From: Acidobacteriota bacterium
GTDB lineage: Bacteria; Acidobacteriota; Vicinamibacteria; Vicinamibacterales; CAVVIG01
Direction: 5' to 3'
Length of the DNA: 64,000 nucleotides
Assembly (NCBI GenBank): GCA_018268955.1
Contig: JAFDVO010000003.1
Span: forward strand, 138,580 to 202,579
The notes under the pieces were generated by a model, which was not told the origin of the DNA, ran no database searches, and worked only from the letters and a program-made list of their open reading frames with translations. The position numbers were made by a program, and so were the translations under genes. Shown here in pieces: positions 19,859 to 28,503 of this stretch. Numbering within the stretch: the first letter of the stretch is position 1; each line of letters opens with the position of its first letter.

Positions 19859-21200
19859 CTGACAAGGCCTCGTTCACTTCGTACATACCTCTGCGATAAA
19901 CATCCGCCAGTTGGTCGAGCTCCTCAGCGACATCGGTCAACGGTCCAGGCTTGTGAATCAAGAGGCTGGCCAACGCCGGGCGCCTTTGGAGTTTCTCGAT
20001 CGCAAGTTGGAATGAGCGAACCTGTTGGCCTTCGGCCTTCTCAGAGTCCAAAGCCCGGGAAGACAGGCTGGCGATGGTATACGTCGTCGGGTCGCCGCCT
20101 CGACCAAACGCTTTCTCAAGAGCCGCTCGCCGAATGAGGCAGGGCGTGCAATAGCCGCAATGCTCCGTCGCGCGGGACTGCCAACGCGCCTTACTCGGTG
20201 ATGAACACGAAAGAGACGACGCGACAATCTCTCGCAGAAACGCGCGGTCGCCGCAATGCAGGGCCATCTCCCCCTTCGTTAGATGGCGGTAGGGGTTCTC
20301 AATTGCGCATGACAGACCGACCCGCCCGAGCAGCTCATTCCAACGTGCAATGTAGTACGGATGCGTCGTTCTGGTGCTGAGCGCTCCAAGTCGAAGAGGA
20401 TCGAGTGGAACGTTGAGTGCAATCAACCCATTTTCTGGCGCACGGATAACCACCTGTCGATTGAGACCAGAGCCCACGAAGGCAGCCAAGGCGAAGAAGA
20501 GAAACGACCGAGCCCGCGTCGTATCCTCTCCGTCGACGCCAGGAACCAACCCGTTTGGGAAAGCGAGCCAGAAGCGAAAACGATTAACGGCGGACTGACC
20601 GTACCTCTCTGTGAGAGCGTCGAAACACTCTCTTTGAGCATTGCTTGTCGCCCCGTCCCCGGCGTGACTAACGAAGACAGGCGTCTCACCGCCATGCAAC
20701 AGGTCGACCGCGCCAATCAGGCTGTCAAGACCACCGGAGAAGAGAGAAACAGTGTTGGTCGCTGGGGACGCAACCCCGGACGGCCGGTCCGGAACAATCC
20801 TTGGAAGTGTGGACGCGGACCGGAACACGATCGTCCAGCGATCGCCCGTCAGGAAATTCAGCGTCTCCGACAATAGGTCCTGGACGGGCGACCAGAGGTC
20901 AAGTTCAACGACAGGAACAACGAGCCGGATCTCCCTTGTCCACGTGTCCTCCGATTCACTTGCGCGTGAGATGCGTGTATCGGCGGCGTAGACAAGCGCT
21001 GCAGTGATCAGCAGGTCGATTCCAACGTTGGAAGGGTAGATCCCCTGCTTCAGTAGATCCTTCACGGTGTCCGAGAGACCGTGAGCGAGCTGGCTCTGCG
21101 TATTCAGCAACTGCAGCTCGGTGATGACTTCCTCGCCGAATGCCGGGACGCCGGCTGTGTCGGTTGCACCGAGACGTCCGATGAGGAGATGTCTACTCAT
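19836..21200 (-). CDS. qatC: QueC-like PP-loop ATPase, QatC
   Basis: PP-loop SLFSGGLDS and a C-terminal Cys cluster (CSSPSK...HCGYCTPCLIRR) as in QueC-like proteins. Confidence 0.8.
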   Translation of the reverse strand: MSRHLLIGRLGATDTAGVPAFGEEVITELQLLNTQSQLAHGLSDTVKDLLKQGIYPSNVGIDLLITAALVYAADTRISRASESEDTWTREIRLVVPVVELDLWSPVQDLLSETLNFLTGDRWTIVFRSASTLPRIVPDRPSGVASPATNTVSLFSGGLDSLIGAVDLLHGGETPVFVSHAGDGATSNAQRECFDALTERYGQSAVNRFRFWLAFPNGLVPGVDGEDTTRARSFLFFALAAFVGSGLNRQVVIRAPENGLIALNVPLDPLRLGALSTRTTHPYYIARWNELLGRVGLSCAIENPYRHLTKGEMALHCGDRAFLREIVASSLSCSSPSKARWQSRATEHCGYCTPCLIRRAALEKAFGRGGDPTTYTIASLSSRALDSEKAEGQQVRSFQLAIEKLQRRPALASLLIHKPGPLTDVAEELDQLADVYRRGMYEVNEALSGVIARPQ

Positions 21201-22081
21201 GCTTCCCCCGCCGCGAGTTCGCCCGCCGCTTGAAGAAACGCAAATGCAGTCTCGTACACGGAGTCGATGACAGCCTGAACCCGGTCGACCGTCAGCGCAG
21301 TGAGCGCAGCCTGCGCACGCTCGATACTGTTCGAAACGGAGCCTCTGACAAAATCACGTAATTGGTCCATTGTTGCTTCAACCGCCTTTACATCCTTCGG
21401 CAAAGCGATCGCTTTTGTCCCAATCTCGTTGCAAAGGCGATCTTCGATCGCATGTGTCGCGTACAACTCAAGGACGGTCTGCATCTGAGCGGGCGTCAAC
21501 GTATCCAGGTCGATGATCCCGACGTCGGATAGGTCTTCAACCGTCTTGATGAACGCGTCTCGTGCAATCCCCTCGTCGACGCTTCCACCTCTTGGACAGA
21601 CAAACTCCATTAACCCAACGAAGATTTCTTCAACTGGTCGTCCCGCGAGGCGCTCCAGGTCTAAGGCGCGAAGCGCTTCACGTGTCCCTCTGGACTGAAC
21701 GTCGGCGAGGAACCCGACGAGACGTGCCGCCGACGTGCGGGAAGCGCCCATCTTTTGAGCAGCGCGTCTGGCGCCGCCCGATGAATGGGAGACATAGCGC
21801 GCTACAGCGCGACCCAGGCTGCCGCCGTTGCTACCCCCGGACTTCGCGAACCGCGAGAAACTCGTCCGCGGTCCGCGAAAGCGATTCCGATCGGGTTGTG
21901 CCTGAAGAGGCGGCTGGACTGCTGCTAGGCTCGGCACGGCCCCTGGAACAACCGGTGGCGTGGCATCGCTTGGCGGAGCTGAAGGTAGGGGGCTGGAGCC
22001 GACGGGACTAATCGGAGCAACCCATGAGGGTACCAGGGGTGAGCTGCCCTTCGGGCCGCCGTAGGAGGAAGAGGTGCCCAT
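21197..22081 (-). CDS. qatB: QatB-like protein
   Basis: Lies between the KAP NTPase and the QueC-like gene. It has a Pro/Ser-rich N-terminus and a helical C-terminus, and overlaps its neighbours at both ends by 4 nt and 1 nt. Confidence 0.6.
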   Translation of the reverse strand: MGTSSSYGGPKGSSPLVPSWVAPISPVGSSPLPSAPPSDATPPVVPGAVPSLAAVQPPLQAQPDRNRFRGPRTSFSRFAKSGGSNGGSLGRAVARYVSHSSGGARRAAQKMGASRTSAARLVGFLADVQSRGTREALRALDLERLAGRPVEEIFVGLMEFVCPRGGSVDEGIARDAFIKTVEDLSDVGIIDLDTLTPAQMQTVLELYATHAIEDRLCNEIGTKAIALPKDVKAVEATMDQLRDFVRGSVSNSIERAQAALTALTVDRVQAVIDSVYETAFAFLQAAGELAAGEA

Positions 22082-24057
22082 TAGCGCACCACTCCGGACT
22101 TCGATACCCTTAACGCTGTTTTGAGTAGATCACTTCCAGAGCTCTTCCAACGCTCACCAAGCGTAGCCAGTCGAGAGACAGCTGAGGCCTCGACGATGGC
22201 TCCTTCCCAGCCCGTGGCCGCCCATGCGCCCACACGGTCAGCGGGCAATGATTCGAGGAAGCTTACAAAGGCGTTTTGCAACGTCGGCTGGGCTTTCACC
22301 AGCACTACGAGACCGTCGACACCCGCTGGCTTCTTCTCGAAACTGTCGGACGAAACGATTCGCGCCTTCACCCAATCGAACACTTTCCCAGCTTCATGCT
22401 GTGTCAGGGCACGTAAGTCGTTCTCGCTGCTCTGGACAACGATCTTCGGCGCCAGCAGCTTCTCACCGACCGCAACGAGCTTTCCGAGCGCCGACACAGG
22501 TCCGAAGTAGTCTTTCCGGTCCTTCGCGACGAACAAGTATGGCCGAAGGTCTACAGCCGCGAGAGAGGGCGGGATGTTTGCCCACTCCAGGACTTCAGGC
22601 GACGCCTTCCATTCAGCAAGGATTACGTTGTCGGCTGAAGTCGATTGTTCCTTCGTCTGGGCTTTAACCTTCTGACCAGGCTTCACGGCGTCTTCAACCT
22701 TCGGAGCCGCGCTTTCCTCTAGGGGTCTCAAGTTTTCGCAGAGTCCATCCGCACTTGACGCAGCCGCCGTAGCGATCTGGTCATAGGTGCGGGGTAAGAA
22801 CCGCTCGGCCAGCATCAGCTTCGCAAGAGTCGGGAGGCGAATGTCATCGCCGAAGCCACGGGCGATTGCTGTTCTGTGTCGCAACAGGAGCGTGTTGAGA
22901 AACCTCTTGATCTGTCGCGGATTCCCGCGAGTGCCCGAAGCAAGGATTGGGCCGATCTGCTCGCTCAGCGTTAGCTCTCCCTGAAGCCTCTCCGCTTGAG
23001 CGCCAAGAGTCTTGATGACCACCTCCTCCTTCAGCGGATCATTCTTCCAAGGCCGTTGGAGATAGCCCCTCGCCGCACCAATTAGTGCGTCGAATTCAGA
23101 GCATTCACCCACCGCCTCCCCGACCAAGAGCAGCATCACGTACAGGCGAGTCTCGGCCTCACCGAGCGCCGGAATGCGAAATGGCACCTGAATCAATTTC
23201 TCTAGGTAGTTGCGAGCATAGTCGCGAGGACCAGTGCTATCAGGCAAGTCGGGAAAGTGCTTGCGAACGGAGTACTCGATCATCGCCTCGTCGGCAGCAA
23301 CCACGAATGCAGTCTTCTTCGTGAACACGAAGAGGCGAATCGCTTCGAGTGTCTCGATCGCTGTGTCTGGCAAGCACCTGTCGAGGTCGTCAACGAGGAC
23401 GATCAAGCGATCGATCGAGGCCTCTTTCAGCAGCTCGTCAAACTCTTTCTGAAACTCCCGAACATCCTCGGGAACGTGCTTGGAGACGGCGGATTTCATT
23501 ACTCCCTTAATGCCGTCCAACGCCTTCATCACGTTGTCCTTTGAGAGCAGTTCGGCAGGATCATCGAGGAGGGCCTCAGCTGTTCGCAGAGCACCCGCGA
23601 GCATGTCCTGGCTCGGGATGCCGGTGTATACGCTGAGGGCGAGCCCTCCGAGCTTCTTTGCAACTTTCAACTTGTCGATGCGGTTGTAGATATTCTTCAG
23701 GGCGCCAGTCGCCTTTTTCAATGCCGGGCGCTTTTCGGTCAGCCCAAGCACGATTCCCTCGATCAGGGCGATCTTTGCGTCCTCGAAGCCTTGGAACCGC
23801 CAACCGTTGAATTTGAGGCACAGGGTGGACGGTGCCTCTTCGGCAAGCACCTCGATCATTTCGAGAATGCTCGACTTTCCAGCGCCCCAGTCGCCGTGGA
23901 CGCCGATCGTAACAGGCAGTTCCGGGCGGTCCCGAACGAGGTCGACGATCGTCTTTGCGATCGCTTCGTTATTCAGTAGGTCGACTTTGGTTTCGTTATC
24001 GCTCAGGATCATCTGGACCTCTAGCTGACGCGAGTCTGAATCTAGTTCAGGCATCAA
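22081..24057 (-). CDS. qatA: KAP-family P-loop NTPase, QatA
   Basis: Walker A GVHGDWGAGKSS and Walker B LIVLVDDLDRC, with KAP-like size and layout. Confidence 0.8.
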   Translation of the reverse strand: MMPELDSDSRQLEVQMILSDNETKVDLLNNEAIAKTIVDLVRDRPELPVTIGVHGDWGAGKSSILEMIEVLAEEAPSTLCLKFNGWRFQGFEDAKIALIEGIVLGLTEKRPALKKATGALKNIYNRIDKLKVAKKLGGLALSVYTGIPSQDMLAGALRTAEALLDDPAELLSKDNVMKALDGIKGVMKSAVSKHVPEDVREFQKEFDELLKEASIDRLIVLVDDLDRCLPDTAIETLEAIRLFVFTKKTAFVVAADEAMIEYSVRKHFPDLPDSTGPRDYARNYLEKLIQVPFRIPALGEAETRLYVMLLLVGEAVGECSEFDALIGAARGYLQRPWKNDPLKEEVVIKTLGAQAERLQGELTLSEQIGPILASGTRGNPRQIKRFLNTLLLRHRTAIARGFGDDIRLPTLAKLMLAERFLPRTYDQIATAAASSADGLCENLRPLEESAAPKVEDAVKPGQKVKAQTKEQSTSADNVILAEWKASPEVLEWANIPPSLAAVDLRPYLFVAKDRKDYFGPVSALGKLVAVGEKLLAPKIVVQSSENDLRALTQHEAGKVFDWVKARIVSSDSFEKKPAGVDGLVVLVKAQPTLQNAFVSFLESLPADRVGAWAATGWEGAIVEASAVSRLATLGERWKSSGSDLLKTALRVSKSGVVR

Positions 24058-24202
24058 CCAAACTCAACAGCGTGCGTTAGGTCGGCTCCGCTGCACGGTC
24101 GGTCCCGCTTCGCGGGCGTGCCAGGGAACCTGTCACGGCCCGTGCAAACGCTCCGTCCTCCAAGAACCACAGCGGTCGCGCCTAGAGGCGCGCTCAGATC
24201 TG

Positions 24203-24270
24203 TTTTCTCCTCCGGGGTTTTCGTTCCTCACCTTCTCGCGAAGGAACGGAAAACCCCTCTCAGGAGAAAA
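24203..24270 (+). promoter_or_regulatory. long imperfect hairpin in the 5' leader that pairs with the DUF3768 Shine-Dalgarno
   Basis: ttttctcctccggggttttcgttcct ... aggaacggaaaacccctctcaggagaaaa. The right arm contains the caggag just upstream of the ATG at 24274. Confidence 0.5.
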
Positions 24271-24273
24271 ACA

Positions 24274-24609
24274 ATGGGAAGTGAAGAAGCAAAGAAGATC
24301 GCGGTGCTGAACGATCTGTGCCGGACAGCGATGGGTGTTGCCGGTCGCGTGTTCCAGACCCCTGGAATCTGCGCCATGAATCCAGAAGAGCAGTCAGCCA
24401 TCCGCGAAAAGGTGGAGCTGTTCGACGAGTTCACCCCGGACAATGACCCACACGGTGAGCACGACTTCGGATCGTTCAGGCACGGCGATGAAACGATCTT
24501 CTGGAAGATCGACTACTACGATCGCACCCTCACGGCCGGCAGCGAAGACCCAAGCGACCCTCGTCAGACCGTCCGGGTTCTGACAATCATGCTCGCGTCC
24601 GAGTACTGA
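24274..24609 (+). CDS. DUF3768-like protein
   Basis: The FTPDNDPHGEHDFGSF...IFWKIDYYD signature is remembered from the DUF3768 family common on plasmids and ICEs. ATG at 24274 has an SD. Confidence 0.65.
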   Translation: MGSEEAKKIAVLNDLCRTAMGVAGRVFQTPGICAMNPEEQSAIREKVELFDEFTPDNDPHGEHDFGSFRHGDETIFWKIDYYDRTLTAGSEDPSDPRQTVRVLTIMLASEY

Positions 24610-24638
24610 CACATGAAGCTGGGAGCTCCGGTTCCCGG

Positions 24639-25598
24639 CTACGTGTCTCGCTGGCGGCGCCGCCAACGGATCCCGTAGTCGCTCCAACCACTGGACGGTG
24701 CGTACGTCGCCGCTGCTTCCTCCGATGCGATGCCCTCGAAGCCGGCCAGGAACTCCACCGGAATCCGCTCCACCAGCCACACCACGCTGCTTGCCGGGAA
24801 GAACGTGACGCCGGAACGATGCGCGGCGAGCGCGTCGATCGAAAACAAGATCGCAGGCCAGTTCTTCACCCGTCGGGCGGAAATCGCATAGCGCGCATCC
24901 GACGCGAGGTGAGTGAATCGACGCCCGCGCGGCTCCAGCCCGACGCGGTAGATGTGCGCTGCGGCCCGGCGATCGGTTGCGTGATACAGGACCGCAGGAG
25001 GCTCGGCCGCCGCACCTGGTGTTGCTTCTGCGCTGTGTCCGTACTTGGCGCGAATGCGATCATCTCGAAGCTCGAATCGATCGACTCTCGAACCGGCGAT
25101 CAGCGTCGCGAGGTCAGAGGCTGTGAGGCGTGTCCACTCGGTCGACCTCGTGCGGACCGCTGCGAGCAGAGTCTCGACGTCACCCCATCCATCAGCATCG
25201 AGGCAAAGACCGTAGTCCTCGGGAGCGTGCCGCAGTGCGTGCGAGAGGACTCTCGTCAGTCGCCGGTTGCGTGCCTGAGCCGAAGGCGGCTCCGAGTCAC
25301 CGGGCGCACCCACCCACGCCAGGGTGGCTCGGAGCAACTTGTTGGGCACGCGGCCTGTGGGAACGGAAAGACCTCGCCTCGTGGCTTCACTGGCCGACAG
25401 CACGTAGTACCGTCCGCAACCGCCGCCTATGGAAAACGGCCGGAGGGAATTCTCTCGGACAAGTACCGAAAGGCAGGCGTCCGCTTCTCGCGTCGAGCAG
25501 CGAAGGAGATTCGCAACGTCTTCAGAAACGGTAAATCCGACCGTTGCGACGCGGTCGAGAATTTCCCGAACCCAATTCGGAGCTTGCCCTCCTGGCAT
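24639..25598 (-). CDS. RNA 2'-phosphotransferase (Tpt1/KptA) homolog with N-terminal ~95-aa and C-terminal ~40-aa extensions
   Basis: Aligns by eye to E. coli KptA: LSHALRHAPEDYGLCLDADGWGDV, RIRAKYGHS, LYHATD, RFTHLASD, VWLVERIPVEFL. ATG at 25598 follows ggggagacg. Confidence 0.8.
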   Translation of the reverse strand: MPGGQAPNWVREILDRVATVGFTVSEDVANLLRCSTREADACLSVLVRENSLRPFSIGGGCGRYYVLSASEATRRGLSVPTGRVPNKLLRATLAWVGAPGDSEPPSAQARNRRLTRVLSHALRHAPEDYGLCLDADGWGDVETLLAAVRTRSTEWTRLTASDLATLIAGSRVDRFELRDDRIRAKYGHSAEATPGAAAEPPAVLYHATDRRAAAHIYRVGLEPRGRRFTHLASDARYAISARRVKNWPAILFSIDALAAHRSGVTFFPASSVVWLVERIPVEFLAGFEGIASEEAAATYAPSSGWSDYGIRWRRRQRDT

Positions 25599-25668
25599 CG
25601 TCTCCCCTTGACTGCCACCCCACACGGGCGTAGGCCTGGAAAAGGTTAGAACAGGTTTTGGAGAATTT

Positions 25669-25905
25669 ATGTACGACCCCGATGAAATCGAAACGAACAT
25701 CCTCCTCAGGGAGCCGATGTTTTCAATTCTTCTGCGACTCGTCGGCCCGACGTTGTGGTTCCAGGGGCCGATGTTCCGGGCAGGGCACTGGCTCGCTGGA
25801 CGACTAGCGGATCTCGCGGTGTGGTTGGAAGGGCGATGTGCGAAGTGGGCCGAGGACGTCGAGGGATGTCGTCGACTCTATTTTCGGAAGTTGAACCCGC
25901 ACTGA
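25669..25905 (+). CDS. hypothetical small protein (78 aa)
   Basis: ATG preceded by ttttggagaattt. Divergent from the Tpt1-like gene. No motif. Confidence 0.3.
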   Translation: MYDPDEIETNILLREPMFSILLRLVGPTLWFQGPMFRAGHWLAGRLADLAVWLEGRCAKWAEDVEGCRRLYFRKLNPH

Positions 25906-26038
25906 GCTGAAAGAGCAGCACAGGAAAAAACCCCGAGGGGCCTCCAACCGCCCAGAAAGGCGCCGCCATACCACCTCTTGACTGACGTACGGCTGAAGCG
26001 TAGGGCTTGAAGAAGGTACCCCCTTTTTGGAGAAGGTT

Positions 26039-26260
26039 ATGGAACAAATTCAGGAATGCTTCAGCAGTGAAAGGCGCTGGTTCGAGACCTCGCCGTGGAT
26101 CGACGTTCTGGGCACGATCTGCGCGATCGGCCTGCCCGTCTCCCGTGCGATTGCAAACGTCAGTCGATTTCTGGAAAGACAATGCGAGTCTGGCCTCGCT
26201 CTCGAACGGGCGGTGGCCGAACAAGAAGCGACGCTTGACCTCGAATTCGGCGGCGTGTAA
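26039..26260 (+). CDS. hypothetical small protein (73 aa)
   Basis: ATG preceded by ttttggagaaggtt, the same initiation context as at 25669. A strong hairpin follows at 26296-26319. Confidence 0.35.
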   Translation: MEQIQECFSSERRWFETSPWIDVLGTICAIGLPVSRAIANVSRFLERQCESGLALERAVAEQEATLDLEFGGV

Positions 26261-26295
26261 CAGAAGAAGGACGCTGGCAGCAGCCGCAAAAAAAA

Positions 26296-26319
26296 CTAGG
26301 AACCCCTGAGGGTTCCTAG
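26296..26319. terminator. bidirectional rho-independent-type terminator hairpin
   Basis: ctaggaaccc-ctga-gggttcctag is a 10-bp stem with an A8 run upstream, which is a U-run for the minus-strand transcript. Confidence 0.7.
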
Positions 26320-26355
26320 AAACGAGAAGTGCTATTCCGTTTTTTGTCGGCCGCC

Positions 26356-26490
26356 CTAAGGCAGATTAGCTATAAACACCGACACAATTAACGCTGCTGC
26401 CAGCGCTAACGTTGCCGTTGCTAACCTCACCAAAGCAGACCTCAGAGCCCAGAGAGCCCTGATCAGTTTCTCAGCATTTTCATTCGACAT
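26356..26490 (-). CDS. small hydrophobic peptide 1 (44 aa, not in ORF track)
   Basis: MSNENAEKLIRALWALRSALVRLATATLALAAALIVSVFIANLP has a C-terminal TM helix, and the terminator at 26296-26319 follows it. There is no clear SD. Confidence 0.35.
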   Translation of the reverse strand: MSNENAEKLIRALWALRSALVRLATATLALAAALIVSVFIANLP

Positions 26491-26611
26491 AAGCACAACC
26501 CAAGTGGTTTGCGGTTTATAAAAGAACAACCTCAAACAACCTGAAACAACCTTGGTCCAACCTCATTCCATTGCCCTTCCGGACAATCGAGTGAAGTCTG
26601 TGCCTGTGCTG

Positions 26612-26790
26612 AGATGAAGAGTGAGAACTGAGCCGTTCCGTTCGTAAACGGATGTGTGTCACAGATTTGCGTGTTCGACACAGAAACACGGCCTTCAACG
26701 AAGGACAGAGAAAATCTGCGCGAGGGCATTCGCAGCCGCTCACTGATCGGGATTCTACAACACAAATCCCGGAACTGGCGGCCATCGGAA
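26612..26790. repeat. conserved leader-like element, copy 1
   Basis: The core gtcacagatttgcgtg..cgac...acggccttcaacgaaggac...aaaatctgcgcgagg is shared with 27200-27327. The weaker extension (gctcactgatcgggattcta...ccatcgg) is shared with 28524-28585. Confidence 0.7.
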
Positions 26791-26984
26791 TCGGGAAATT
26801 CTGCGGCCCACTTGACTGGCCAGGAAGGCGAGCGTATCCCCAGAATCAGGGAACGAGTCGCCGATAAGGAATGCGACCATCGCCCGAAACTTCACCGCCA
26901 TGAACTTCAAAGGGAGGAGCGATGAGGGAGAAAAAACTCCAGATGGAGGCCCTTTTGGGGCCATCCATCTGAAGTGGTTGCTGG

Positions 26985-27155
26985 CTAAACAACCTTCGCG
27001 ATCCACTGCATGATCCTGTTCAATCCGGTAAAGATTGGGGGCAGGGCCAGAACAGCAATCGCGATCGACAACACGAGGAAAACCCGATCTTTGGTCTTCC
27101 TTTGAAATCGCCGGAATCCGGATTCTGGTCCAAGATTCTGGTGTCTCTCTCTCAT
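26985..27155 (-). CDS. small membrane peptide 2 (56 aa, internal start of the 131-aa track ORF)
   Basis: Strong SD in aaacggaggagctATG. The peptide MRERHQNLGPESGFRRFQRKTKDRVFLVLSIAIAVLALPPIFTGLNRIMQWIAKVV has a basic N-terminus and one TM helix. Confidence 0.5.
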   Translation of the reverse strand: MRERHQNLGPESGFRRFQRKTKDRVFLVLSIAIAVLALPPIFTGLNRIMQWIAKVV

Positions 27156-27199
27156 AGCTCCTCCGTTTAAAGAGAATGGCTTGCAGCCACTCCCGTTAA

Positions 27200-27327
27200 G
27201 TGAAGAGCCAAGAACTGAAAGGTGTTGTACGCCGGTCCGCTTCGCGCGGGTGTTCGTCACTGATTTGCGTGCACGACGAAAGAGCACGGCCTTCAACGAA
27301 GGACTTGAAAACTCGCGCGAGGCGCTC
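27200..27327. repeat. conserved leader-like element, copy 2 (proximal part; distal part continues at 28524-28585 beyond the IS)
   Basis: Matches copy 1 across gtcactgatttgcgtg...acggccttcaacgaaggac...gcgcgagg. It is interrupted exactly at the IS boundary. Confidence 0.7.
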
Positions 27328-27394
27328 TGACCTGCTCCCCCTAAACCGCTACGCGTAGAATGTGCGTCCTCCGTGGTCATCGACGGAGGAGAGC

Positions 27395-27661
27395 ATGCGG
27401 AAGAGCCGATTCAGCGACGAGAAGATTCTGGCCATCGTGAAGGAAGGCGAATCTGGCCGAAAGGTGGCCGACCTGGTGCGGACGTACGGCATCACGGAGC
27501 AGACGTATTACCGTTGGAAGGCGAAATTCGGTGGCATGGAGCTGAGCGAATTGCAGCGGGTGAAACAGCTGGAGGATGAGAACCGCCGGCTGAAACACAT
27601 GGTCGCTGAGCAGGCGCTGGACATTCAGGCGCTGAAAGCGGTGGTGGGAAAAAAGTGGTAG
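27395..27661 (+). CDS. IS3-family transposase OrfA (HTH)
   Basis: MRKSRFSDEKILAIVKEGESGRKVADLVRTYGITEQTYYRWKAKFGG, followed by a leucine-zipper-like tail. Confidence 0.9.
   Translation: MRKSRFSDEKILAIVKEGESGRKVADLVRTYGITEQTYYRWKAKFGGMELSELQRVKQLEDENRRLKHMVAEQALDIQALKAVVGKKW
27649..27655 (+). promoter_or_regulatory. programmed -1 frameshift slippery heptamer A AAA AAG
   Basis: gggAAAAAAGtgg lies at the orfA/orfB overlap, as in IS3-family elements. Confidence 0.75.
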
Positions 27662-28503
27662 GGCCCACCGCGAAGCGTGCCGCGGTGGGCCTGCTCCGAC
27701 GCGATCACGGCGTCAGCCTCCGCCGCGCGTGCCGTGTGGTCGGCTTGAGCACGGCCTCTTGGCGCTATCGTGGCCGGCGGCTCGGCGAGACGGCCGATTT
27801 GGAGGCCCGACTGCGGGCCCACGCCGCCGCTCGTCCACGGTGGGGCTACCGACGGCTCCACACCTTGCTGCATCGCGACGGCCTGCACGTCAATCGGAAG
27901 CGTGTGTATCGGGTGTATCGAGCGGCCGCGCTGCAGGTGCGGCGTCGGCGACGCAAGGCGCGTCTCGCGGGCGACCGCGTGGTGCTCCCAGCGCTGACCG
28001 CGCGCGGGCAACGCTGGTCCATGGACTTCACGCGTGACACGCTGGCCGATGGTCGGCCGTTTCGCACACTGAACATCGTCGACGACTTCACGCGGGAATG
28101 CTTGGCCATCGAGGTCGATCGCTCACTGCCGGGCCTGCGCGTGGTCCGTGTCCTGGAACGCCTTCAGGCACGACACGGCGTCCCCGCGATCATCGTTGTC
28201 GACAACGGGCCCGAATTCGTGGGCCGTGCTCTCGATGCGTGGACGTACGCGCACGGCGTCACGCTACGCTTCATTCGACCGGGCAAGCCGATCGAGAACG
28301 CGTACATCGAGAGTTTCAATGGCAAGTTTCGGGATGAGTGCTTGAACGAACACTGGTTTCAGTCGGTCGCCGAGGCGCAGCAATTGATCGAGGGCTGGCG
28401 CCGCGACTACAACGAGGTGCGACCGCACAGCGCCCTGGGCAACGTCCCGCCAGGGGCCTTCGCGGCCGCTCAATCACCCCGAGGACTCACACTACCCGCG
28501 TAG
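27655..28503 (+). CDS. IS3-family transposase OrfB (DDE/rve integrase core), expressed as an OrfAB fusion
   Basis: WSMDFT...VVDNGPEF...IENAYIESFNGKFRDECLN...YNEVRPHSALG is the canonical rve signature. Confidence 0.9.
   Translation: MVGPTAKRAAVGLLRRDHGVSLRRACRVVGLSTASWRYRGRRLGETADLEARLRAHAAARPRWGYRRLHTLLHRDGLHVNRKRVYRVYRAAALQVRRRRRKARLAGDRVVLPALTARGQRWSMDFTRDTLADGRPFRTLNIVDDFTRECLAIEVDRSLPGLRVVRVLERLQARHGVPAIIVVDNGPEFVGRALDAWTYAHGVTLRFIRPGKPIENAYIESFNGKFRDECLNEHWFQSVAEAQQLIEGWRRDYNEVRPHSALGNVPPGAFAAAQSPRGLTLPA

Noticed and set aside
26516-27380. 89-aa and 131-aa minus-strand ORFs as full-length genes
   Set aside because: Their shared 'PSLKAV...RKSVT' similarity is only the translation of the duplicated non-coding leader. 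Only the SD-preceded 56-aa distal part of the 131-aa ORF looks like a real peptide.
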